From: Nemertoderma westbladi
Lineage: Eukaryota > Animalia > Xenacoelomorpha
Assembly (NCBI GenBank): GCA_032718475.1
Contig: JAUCBJ010007727.1
Location: 1 to 64,000 of the forward strand
Reading direction: 5' to 3'
DNA: 64,000 nt
Shown in pieces: positions 37,001 through 42,963 of this stretch. Position 1 is the stretch's first letter, and each line of letters starts with the position of its first letter. The notes beneath the pieces were generated by a model, which was not told where the DNA came from, made no database searches, and saw only the letters and a program-made list of their open reading frames with translations. The translations under genes were made by a program, and so were the position numbers.

Positions 37001-40000
37001 TTCCTTTTGGAAACAGAGTGGAAGGGTTTACTGTGGAAGATCACCCATGGTGGTGAACAGGCATTCCTTTAGGAAACAGAGTGGAGGGGTTTACTGTGAA
37101 AGATCACCCATGGTGGTGAACAGGCATTCCTTTAGGAAACAGAGTGGAAGGGTTTACTGTGAAAGATCACCCATGGTGGTGAACATGCATTCTTTTAGGA
37201 AACAGAGTGGAGGGGTTTACTGTGAAAGATCACCCATGGTGGTGAACAGGCATTCCTTTAGGAAACAGAGTGGAAGGGTTTAATGTGGAAGATCACCCAT
37301 GGTGGTGAACAGGCATTCCTTTAGGAAACAGAGTGGAGGGGTTTACTGTGAAAGATCACCCATGGTGGCGAACAGGCATTCCTTTAGGAAACAGAGTGGA
37401 AGGGTTTACTGTGGAAGATCACCCATGGTGGTGAACAAGCATTCCTTTAGGAAACAGAGTGGAAGGGTTTAATGTGGAAGATCACCCATAGTGCTGAACA
37501 GTCATTCCTTTTGGAAACAGAGTGGAAGGGTTTACTGTGGAAGATCACCCATGGTGGTGAACAGGCATTCCTTTAGGAAACAGAGTGGAAGGGTTTAATG
37601 TGGAAGATCACCCATAGTGCTGAACAGTCATTCCTTTTGGAAACAGAGTGGATGGGTTTACTGTGAAAGATCACCCATGGTGGCGAACAGGCATTCCTTT
37701 AGGAAACAGAGTGGAAGGGTTTACTGTGGAAGATCACCCATTGTGGTGAACAGGCATTCCTTTAGGAAACAGAGTGGAAGGGTTTACTGTGGAAGATCAC
37801 CCATGGTGGTGAACAGGCATTCCTTTAGGAAACAGAGTGGAGGGGTTTACTGTGAAAGATCACCCATGGTGGTGAACAGGCATTCCTTTAGGAAACAGAG
37901 TGGAGGGGTTTACTGTGGAAGATCACCCATGGTGGTGAACAGGCATTCCTTTAGGAAACAGAGTGGAAGGGTTTAATGTGGAAGATCACCCATAGTGCTG
38001 AACAGTCATTCCTTTTGGAAACAGAGTGGAAGGGTTTACTGTGGAAGATCACCCATGGTGGTGAACAGGCATTCCTTTAGGAAACAGAGTGGAGGGGTTT
38101 ACTGTGAAAGATCACCCATGGTGGTGAACAGGCATTCCTTTAGGAAACAAAGTGGAGGGGTTTACTGTGAAAGATCACCCATGGTGGCGAACAGGCATTC
38201 CTTTAGGAAACAGAGTGGAGGGGTTTACTGTGAAAGATCACCCATGGTGGAGAACAGGCATTCCTTTAGGAAACAGAGTGGAAGGGTTTAATGTGGAAGA
38301 TCACCCATGGTGGTGAACAGGCATTCCTTTAGGAAACAGAGTGGAAGGGTTTACTGTTGAAGATTTTTACTGTTATTATTTATTTAATGAAAATCGGTTG
38401 CGATAAACTTATGTATATTCGTGTACCTTTACCTTTATATTCGTGTACTTTTAGAGAAAAAAACATACTTCTATCAAAATACACTATAAAAATATACGGG
38501 ACAATAGTAAAGTGTAAAGAAGAAAAAAAAAGGGGGGGGGGGGGGGGGGGGGTGAAAGTTCACTCTTTAGTATGCGTAATACCTTTTTAGAAAAAATGTA
38601 TCATGAAAAAAAGTGAAAAAGAAACACTATGAAATAAAGTGAAAGTGACATAGTTTAGTTGCAAGGTGATGCTGAGTCTTAATCTCACCTCTTAAAATAC
38701 CGTGTTCTATGTCATCTAAAGTGAAGACCATGCCGCCGATATTGTAAGCGTTACATCTCCAGAACTGTTTAATATCGAGTACAGACTTGGGAAGACTTTG
38801 TTGGCGAACCAGACTATGTAAAGTTAAACTATTATAGATATCTATAAAAAATATTAGTAAAATAATGTTAAGGAAAATATTAGCAAGATATAACAATAAT
38901 TGGAATGAACACATATCATATGACGTCACAGGAATAAATACCCCCAGTCACAAAGAGTTACTGAAGCTCGAGATTTACAACCACTATTTCTAGATTCGCG
39001 TTACTTTATTTTATCCACGATTGTTGTCGTGCATGAACTGCATAACGTTTAGGAAGAAATCTCATTAATCATAAGAAATTCGAGGGATTATGAAACCCAT
39101 AGAGTAGAAGGTTAGTAATTATTACCGAAGCCTCAAACGACTACTACTATAACTGTACAAGATACCAACCAAGGCCACTATAATAATCATCTCGCAGAGA
39201 TAGCACAGCTTGTAGTCGGTTTTCTATCTGGAATTTTCTTCTCAGATTCCCAGAATAAAATAAATTATTATAAGTCAGTATGATTTATTCGCCTAATTAT
39301 ATTGGGTTAATTTAGATTTTTATAATTTACAACTGACATTGTTCGTTGGTATATATAGAGGTTGGTGGATTCGATATAAGGGCCGTGCACAAATAGTGAT
39401 GTCACGGTTGGGGGGGGGGGGGGGGGGGGGGTGGTTTTGCCAACACTTTTCACTTTTTAGCTGATAGTTCATCGTTATAATAGCGAATTTATCGCATCTT
39501 TGAGTTTAACTCATATTAATTTAATATCCATTTTGTGTTTTAAAATCCTCCAGAACTAATAGAAAGAATATAATTTTATAATATAATATTTATAATACTA
39601 AATACTGTATATAAATATATATTATAAATTATAATAAAATATTACTAAATAATACCGGCACCAGAATTAACATATACGGTATTAACTTAATAATTTCAAA
39701 TTTAACACTTTTTATACCGATTATTTTTGTGACGTGATGTTCAAAGGGGGAGGGGGTGTTACAAAATTCGTGACAGATTGTGAAAGAGAGGGGCGGGGCG
39801 GGGGGGGGGGGGGGGGTTCGTCAAAAATAGCGTGACATCCTTAACGCATTTAATTTGACGCATTTAATTACAGTTGCTATTGTTACATTATTAAGAGGAG
39901 ATTGAACGAAAGCACCAATTTAATTGAATTAAAAGGTCACCATCACGGCTCACTCTATAACTAAACTCCAAAGTTGCGAAGAACTCCAGAAAATAATCGA

Positions 40001-42963
40001 TAATACAATAAGTACCACAGAGAAAGGAAGTGGAGAGCCATGCAAAGGTAATAAATAATTTATAATGCACCTGTTAAATAAGAATTGGTTGTACAGGCGA
40101 TCGATTACCTAAAAGGAATGGAATTAACAACTAAGTAACCTTCAGTGTAGTTGGGGATGCAGATGCAGGGTACGCCTTGCGATGCGAATAAGGTATCGGA
40201 AAACAGAGGGTGTAGAAAGCATTGAGCTCTGTGTAGCGCTCTGCTACCAGGTATTACCATAAGGCCAATGGGACATGGGTTGCACGCCGCAGTATCTTCA
40301 AACAAACTGCTAGTTCTAAGAGTAGAAACTAATTACATTTCACAAAGAAATCGCATAAAGGGCGAATTAACCTGTTACAGGGATTCCATTAGATCAATCA
40401 TGCAGAAGCGGACAGTTACTTATAATCCCGAAGGAAATTAAGCAATATAAAAAAGGAAGTCATTAGCTTTAACTTTATTGGCGTCTCAGCTCGGTACATT
40501 TCCGTAACAGTCAGTGTCTATACTGTCTATAGTCACATAGAAACAAACGATTAAAGTGAAAGAAACCGGGTAGTGAAAAACAAGTAAATTCTGTCGAGGA
40601 AAATAATTTTAAAATCAAAACGACATAGAAACTACGTAGAACAGCGCAGACCGCGGCAGTTGCCGATAAAAGGATACTAATAAAGAAAGCGACTCGTTCA
40701 TCTTCCTTCATATCGGCGAGATTGACGCGTCGCAAGTCGCCACAGAGATTCACGTAGGAAGCGTACTCGCGACTCGCTGCCATGGCAACGTAGTCCACAC
40801 TGACGCCATCCGAGCCGATAAACGACCCATCCAACCTATATAGGGCGATAATGATAAGTAAATATATCAATATAATATAATAAAGAAAATTAAATCTATA
40901 TAGTAACAAATCACAATCAGCACATAACAAACTGTTCTATTAATTAATATTATATTATATTATAATTATATTATATCTATTAATTATCTATTAAATATAT
41001 TACATATTCAAAATTATCTAATACATGTACGTACATTTGTTTGCGGTGTTAATACGAAGTAAAGTAAATCTATTAGTTAATATAATAAAGTAAAGAAAGA
41101 TATAAAGTAAACCATAAAATTGACCTGGGAACCAGAACAATTGCACCAAATATACAACAAAATTAGCATAGAACATAGTAAGTAAGGCCCTTAAACATAG
41201 AGTAAATCAAATTGCTGCGAAAGAACCAAAATGGACTTCTACCAAAAATAGATCAATAATAGCTCAGATACTTGCGTTACGGAGACTGGTTGAGGGAAAT
41301 AAATCAAAGAATTTCCCCGCAGTCCCGACATTCGACTCCATCCATAGAGGTAAAATGCTGGAAATCCTAAGAGCTTATGGAATACCAGAAGTAATTGTTG
41401 CTGGCATTGGATTGTTATATTGCGACACAGAAGCGCAGGTACTCTCACCAGATGGTGAAACTGAGTTCGTCTGAATCCTGGCTGGCGTACTGCAAGGTGA
41501 TACATTGGCGCCATTACTATTCGTAATTATACTGGATTACGCAATGAGGACGGCCACAAAGGGTGAAGATGTGGGATTCACACTTCAAGAACGCAGAAGT
41601 AGTAGATATCCGGCAACTACAGTCACAGACACCGACTTTGCGGATGACATCGACTTGCTCTCTAATACGCTTGCAGATGCACAGCTTCTACTAAATAAAG
41701 TGGAGAGGGCTGCTAAGGAGGTTGGATTGCATATTAATGCTACAAAGACCGAATTCATGACCTTTAATGTTGATGGAAACTTGACAACAATTTATAATAA
41801 TCAACCAAGGAAGGTCGACGATTTCCAGTACCTAGGATCATGGATAGAGAGTAGCAAAAAGGACATAGAAGTTAGGAAAGCAAAGGCTTGGGTAGCTCAT
41901 GAAAAATACATACCATCTGGAAATCAGACCTCTCCAGGCACCTAAAGACTAAGTTCTTTCGAGCCACAGTGGAAAGTGTATTTTTATACGGGGGTGAGAC
42001 CTGGACACTGACGAAATCACTTGAACACCGAATTGATGGTTGCTACACAATTATACTAAAGGGCAACCCTAAACATCAATTGGAACAATACATGTTAAAC
42101 GCGTTTATGCCTTAGGGTATTACTTACTATTTTCCGTGAACGTAGAGGGCACAAAAGGAGAAGTAAACAAGAGGTCCGTTATACCGGCAGTCATCTACAT
42201 TTCTGGCCACCAACACAAGGAAAGCGTAGTCGTGGACGACCGGCCATAACATATAGACCAGCTTGAAAAATATACTGGACTTGGGAGAAACGAAATTGCG
42301 ACAACTATGGAGAATTGGGAAGCCTGGAAGGATCTCATTTACACTGTCTGAGTTCGCTCGACCTAGTAGTAGTAGTAGATGCAGATGGTAGTAATAAGTA
42401 CAGTAGAAAATCAAACCTTGCAGCCTTGTGGCTGTGGGCGTGGGTATGTCTTTGAGCACTGTGAAGAATGAAAATGAGGTGAAGATGAATTGCCTGCCAT
42501 GCACATGCAGCCATGCCGCAACTTTCACTGGCGGTGGCGCCAGATCTGCGATTGGTGTCCTGATTGACAACCTGATTATCTGAGTAAACCTTTGATACAG
42601 CCTTTAATGTATCCTTGTCGCAGTCCCAATGGAGGGAATGATGTAATATTTCATCTTTGAACAGAGATGAACGGTCGCACAGTCTCATAAATGTATATAT
42701 AACAATTTAATTTATAATTTAATTTAATTATAAATAATGGTAGGCAGAGGCACTATGAGCATAGCTCAATCTACAAAGCGTCCGAGTGCGTACACATTCA
42801 ACATTCATATCATTAATTTCCTACTTTAAACTTACAGCAAGGCGACACAGTTTAGCCTCTCAGAGAGACGAGGGGCGCTTGTTGGCTGTTCTAGAACACC
42901 AGAACGTCCACCTTCATCGTCAGAGTTTTGGTTTAATATCTGGACTTCTTCGAGCGGAAACAT
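6750..42963 (-). CDS. DUF547 domain-containing protein, 6 exons, 333 aa (spliced gene span)
   Basis: Exons 42836-42963, 40678-40835, 38689-38841, 14007-14125, 9790-9968 and 6750-7014 join in frame (1002 nt) through GT-AG introns. Hallmark DUF547 motifs: DGxxVDY, AFFINIYNxLxxH, TLDDIEHGILRGN, DPRIHFALVCGAKSCP, LSKIFNWYRxDFG, YDWSLN. Confidence 0.9.
7458..7641 (-). mobile_element. Short 3' fragment of the RTE-like LINE with a duplicated 3' end
   Basis: Reverse complement of the 3' end of 5123-6033; the last ~70 nt occur twice; flanked by a ttaccaacat duplication. Confidence 0.85.
7877..8570 (-). mobile_element. 3' fragment of a second non-LTR retrotransposon family (RT thumb + C-terminal Cys/His finger, poly-A tail)
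   Basis: KFRRGG...LEFVNSFEYLGV, ILPAATYG, CICRLC-x8-H-x3-C; AATAAA and an A-tract follow the stop on the minus strand. Confidence 0.8.
9790..9968 (-). CDS. DUF547 gene exon 5
   Basis: ttttgcag acceptor; SCPAIRVY...LSKIFNWYRLDFGNNPLDVV; gtaagt donor. Confidence 0.92.
10015..10280 (+). mobile_element. Possible degenerate tRNA-derived SINE
   Basis: B-box-like ggtcgtgggttcgatccc followed by a SINE-core-like taaatgagtac...gctgggg segment. Confidence 0.35.
11259..12181. mobile_element. Foldback-type MITE, near-palindromic over ~920 bp
   Basis: tagtcgagtcaatctagc... and ...gctagattgactggacta; the inverted arms extend >400 bp to a centre near 11700. Confidence 0.85.
12340..13711. mobile_element. 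hAT (Ac-like) non-autonomous element
   Basis: TIR TAGGGATGTCCCGGAAT, perfect 8-bp TSD GTCCTTTT (12332-12339, 13712-13719), subterminal CCGGAATTCCGG repeats. Confidence 0.92.
12581..12901. mobile_element. PIF/Harbinger MITE nested in the hAT element
   Basis: TIR GGCCCGTGCT(A/C)CACTG(T/G)TAAGTC with TTA TSD. Confidence 0.85.
14007..14125 (-). CDS. DUF547 gene exon 4
   Basis: tttccag acceptor; GNRHHPSSSQRPFSASDPRLAYSCSRFDPRIHFALVCGAK; gttagt donor. Not shown in the ORF track in this frame. Confidence 0.92.
14264..14695. mobile_element. G-tract MITE remnant (Harbinger-like); second copy at 39378-39845
   Basis: taagggccgtgca(t/c)aaat...gtcacgg start and ttacaaaattcgtgacagattgtga...G-run end are shared by both copies. 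Confidence 0.55.
15337..17408 (-). mobile_element. 5'-truncated, disrupted RTE-like LINE (RT domain)
   Basis: QNGFRPNRS, FVDFKKAFDS, GVLQDDTLAP and TDFADD motifs spread over several ORFs broken by stops and frameshifts; (TAG)n tail on the minus strand. Confidence 0.92.
18155..18283. repeat. Two units of the 63-bp satellite left of the LTR element
   Basis: Same unit as 35171-38357; interrupted at ggcat by the LTR. Confidence 0.9.
18284..20167 (-). repeat. 3' LTR
   Basis: Direct repeat of 33287-35170 at offset 15003; only one substitution noticed by eye (18307 c vs 33310 a). Confidence 0.96.
19955..20041 (-). promoter_or_regulatory. tRNA-derived Pol III A-box/B-box cassette in the LTR (second copy 34958-35044)
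   Basis: Minus strand TAGCTCAGTTGGTAGAGC ... GAGTTCGAATCC ... TTTTTT; the D-arm pairs but the acceptor and T stems do not. Confidence 0.7.
20168..20175 (-). other. Short PPT-like tract (TGGAGCGG) abutting the 3' LTR
   Basis: Lies immediately 5' of the 3' LTR on the element strand. Confidence 0.5.
20400..21010. repeat. Degenerate ~24-bp tandem repeat in the element 3' UTR
   Basis: Recurring ataaattgcataagttcggaata units. Confidence 0.85.
21065..22579 (-). CDS. Accessory ORF3 of the Bel/Pao element: triple CCHC zinc-knuckle protein with Arg-rich C-terminus
   Basis: 504-codon open frame; CSKCGVAGHHMAKC, CGWCGDQGSHTFYTC, CTYCNIKGHRASEC; ends RSFRGRGRARSTKR; no signal peptide or TM segment visible. 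Start codon uncertain (first ATG about 22537). Confidence 0.8.
   Translation of the reverse strand: MYLRCAGSLIERPSMFTLLPYEGERIVEITDESRQTRAPIGHLGDEFEVTTTIADDPLEELLEIERNLPKKSQTEIRQLEATDAIVCIQPSETYQPIDPDDYDYSVGGSARPIGDLIYERVWYPANTMCSKCGVAGHHMAKCSGKHITTTQLICGWCGDQGSHTFYTCWRFMAQCTYCNIKGHRASECQLRDIPYEHESVKLVRKLFDEWEDLADEHVSAQRRRFPMRAHLGFWAVNPQTMMSEGYISAMPQYDELIEVVDILPHDSGFRVVREYLLQIHPDNKNTWNFQKVVNRITYGEFDRFRTEKRNKGAWLTVAWAYRAAFYHKRIRASVFEEEEVLEATNIPATPVAPSARHPREDGQGRIIRVQKVGQQLKKIINVEERKGVEPTIRVTRDTVSLPREPVGGSGHTPADQQGAQATLGSASSTSRAFPDVLPTVVTTDRSRGIGRGFGMPNRRICEEIVAPSLNVPSKSVTRPISPISRAKSPVRSFRGRGRARSTKR
22432..22875 (-). CDS. Small ORF overlapping the 5' end of ORF3, unknown function
   Basis: 147-codon frame (ATG at MEKGIQ...), overlapping ORF3 by 148 nt; protein-like composition only. 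Confidence 0.35.
   Translation of the reverse strand: MSKPKRQTKLSRLLTTNHKLCCIPSSSNDYVTTPLIMEKGIQGEPRWGYDIQEEAAASFERFGAKDYTIFGIKELSESTAKLAKTAMPLLEQDLAYFETCIFAVRDLLSKDHLCLHCYPMKENVSWKLRMNHGRRARLSVTLVMNSK
23430..27880 (-). CDS. pol: Bel/Pao pol region: RT, RNase H, integrase
   Basis: YYLPHH, KVRVVNDC, VFGARDSP, YVDD; LHCFSDAS, TPRAELQAA, WTDAT, NPADIASRG; H-x4-H...CIIC, GIDCFGP, YSDQGTNF, GGVWERL. The frame is open from 27880 and continuous with gag once the 27881-28083 insertion is removed. Confidence 0.95.
27881..28083. mobile_element. Small hAT/Tip100-like insertion splitting gag-pol
   Basis: CAGGGCCGGATT left end, degenerate TCCGTCCATG right end, flanking duplication ctacatg (27874-27880, 28084-28090), in-frame stops inside. 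Confidence 0.75.
28032..32474 (-). CDS. gag: Bel/Pao gag-protease region
   Basis: Coiled-coil N-terminus, DUF1759-like PPKFSG..W..F segment, CQYC..H..C / CWRCTRHGHVRKDC / CPSCGRNHDGLLH array, protease AILDSASSHSYV. The stop codon lies inside the inserted MITE. Confidence 0.93.
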   Translation of the reverse strand: MSDKQDYTKNTPTDYDSCDADKSAAEEQQGKTREPTEPTPCASPVHPTGVPDAVVRGDGRTEDFLTVPQPRYRETEMVSSAGSTESVVRSVGGYMAHITRSIGEGHRILDELTAPMSRFEFYTLQVRVQSRVHKSVDNLIGLQDLARQRQDMDAQLRILEKLMIAREKLIQFKSTIRQIQQEQADQLLGESVSDELLQPEEEQELYRLDGQLKHLTDHLRMCGEDVGDWETVPEATRETSLAQIESAPGILDQSLVSIRSEIGEGSMVTSEVARQQQEFYRQRREMEEQAQLLVMQAAVEEEKLRVANKARISHLQEQAELEAAEVERLEVDIARQAAAAAAESERQAAAAAAESERQAAESERQAAAAAAAAELERDRLVSEARAEMKTRQIKAQSAIRQAEFEAQQRQTEQREKTAKLHFELEKKARELANAEEDLDQRARDRSMRSRDGHDLDQIEVRHRQIQERKKEGSVGAPGRERQLVKDLCQRFPQVTHMFAPVTTKEPVSIAGSSDISPIHGVTEHRFVIPDKFTPPRATSSPIPKVKVSNPPITDRSSLLVGPALLTTKQVSPPLTPKPVTHYEYPMTFRPTRPLDSNAVVRPPIQFTSQSTTSRKTCEPTEQRRTVETRPFNQFTSQSTTSRKTCEPTEQWRTVETRPFNQFTSQSTTSRKTCEPTEQRRTVETRPFNQFTSQSTTSRKTCEPTEQRRSVDDVPKRTVRIRTTQRTRARRPPYPDDSSTSSESDYPKREVFRTGAADEYKRERSDNSFADNPPQNTPTQKALQPTDAISTQQFADILRPVVNKLAQIEERLEEGYTDSSRNSEFEHNRHPKEPQRPVPSKHTSYQGKAPRRENINQTTNQGRETLDVAEEIAKFAARQGLPVQQPPKFSGSSKHWHTFVDYIESQIAVCAFTSREKFNYLLQTLSGEPKRLAETFVGVPDAFELAYDRLTSIYGGTVSMARSVIEELCKGGAITKPVDLLKLADEIKNAITTLRSIGQLDYGNTPTVLLKIIGRLHHRLRREWRKVEYQREERGGFLKLEDVYLLISREAVVETRSNYTDQHIVAEGITLPSSNRQKPQTTSTKTATYTTPTESRQFSDGGRVSAPIGTKQTRQQLGTDFSGCQYCEHLGKRYIGHKLRGCRQFRELNSEERRLQIRPLDSCWRCTRHGHVRKDCPNTDTCPSCGRNHDGLLHTDSHTPTKRFAREHPEAAARCDAAYRKRESKTTPTFVTHIEDCFSEQSGSSDEESEDDDEYSNGDEQPSIALLTTDQLKGFSVIPIKVTGTKGSKRIYAILDSASSHSYVDEKIADVVTDLKQGKHVSYTVSSMHGQRAIPVTRVKLDLDSLLPKSQHSERERSLLPFRDLTFAATKDFSNLLGPVPEQSLEDRKYFRHLGVPECPVNYRSVAMLIGTDQFNLHQVWETRPSAVVAGNAYACRTPIGWYTRAPVRTLDVSDEEDDVQSTCRLHGRTRTGPYTKKLMM
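30352..30659. repeat. 84-bp in-frame tandem repeat (about 3.7 copies) within gag
   Basis: Encodes QFTSQSTTSRKTCEPTEQRRTVETRPFN repeats. Confidence 0.95.
33276..33286 (-). other. Primer-binding-site position, non-tRNA type (GTAGGAATGTG)
   Basis: Immediately 3' of the 5' LTR; no TGG start; exact reverse complement of LTR-internal CACATTCCTAC (34324-34314 on the minus strand). Confidence 0.7.
33287..35170 (-). repeat. 5' LTR
   Basis: See 3' LTR; element-strand termini TATAG...CAATA. Confidence 0.96.
34718..34900 (-). promoter_or_regulatory. Putative LTR Pol II promoter
   Basis: Three CCAAT boxes about 30 bp apart (34896-34900, 34867-34871, 34836-34840), TATAAAAG at 34761-34754, TTAGTT/TCAGTT initiator-like sites at 34738-34718; AATAAA at 34646-34641 and 34064-34059. 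Confidence 0.6.
35171..38357. repeat. 63-bp satellite array, about 50 units
   Basis: Unit ggcattcctttaggaaacagagtggaagggtttactgtggaagatcacccatggtggtgaaca with recurring variants. Confidence 0.98.
38689..38841 (-). CDS. DUF547 gene exon 3
   Basis: (N)IYNSLTLHSL...FTLDDIEHGILR(G); gtgaga donor. Confidence 0.93.
38842..40677 (-). other. U12-type (minor spliceosome) GT-AG intron
   Basis: 5' splice site GTATCCTTT at 40677; branch site TTCCTTAAC at 38875-38867; removing it restores AFFINIYN. Confidence 0.88.
39378..39845. mobile_element. G-tract MITE remnant (Harbinger-like), same family as 14264-14695
   Basis: Shared terminal and internal blocks with the 14264 copy. Confidence 0.55.
40678..40835 (-). 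CDS. DUF547 gene exon 2
   Basis: tatag acceptor; LDGSFIGSDGVSVDY...EDERVAFFI. Confidence 0.93.
41240..42378 (+). mobile_element. Degenerate 5'-truncated RTE-like LINE
   Basis: Same family as 5123-6033 and 15337-17408, with stops and indels; (TAG)n tail. Confidence 0.9.
42836..42963 (-). CDS. DUF547 gene exon 1
   Basis: MFPLEEVQILNQ...SAPRLSERLNCVAL(L); gtaag donor, phase 2 matching exon 2; in-frame stop upstream of the ATG. Confidence 0.7.

Noticed and set aside
35221-38291. ORFs of repeated MVVNRHSFRKQSGRVYCGRSP
   Set aside because: Translation of the 63-bp satellite, broken by stops in variant units.
35171-38357. CRISPR-like array
   Set aside because: Head-to-tail tandem units with no unique spacers, no cas genes, and a eukaryotic intronic context. 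The same applies to the 45-bp array.
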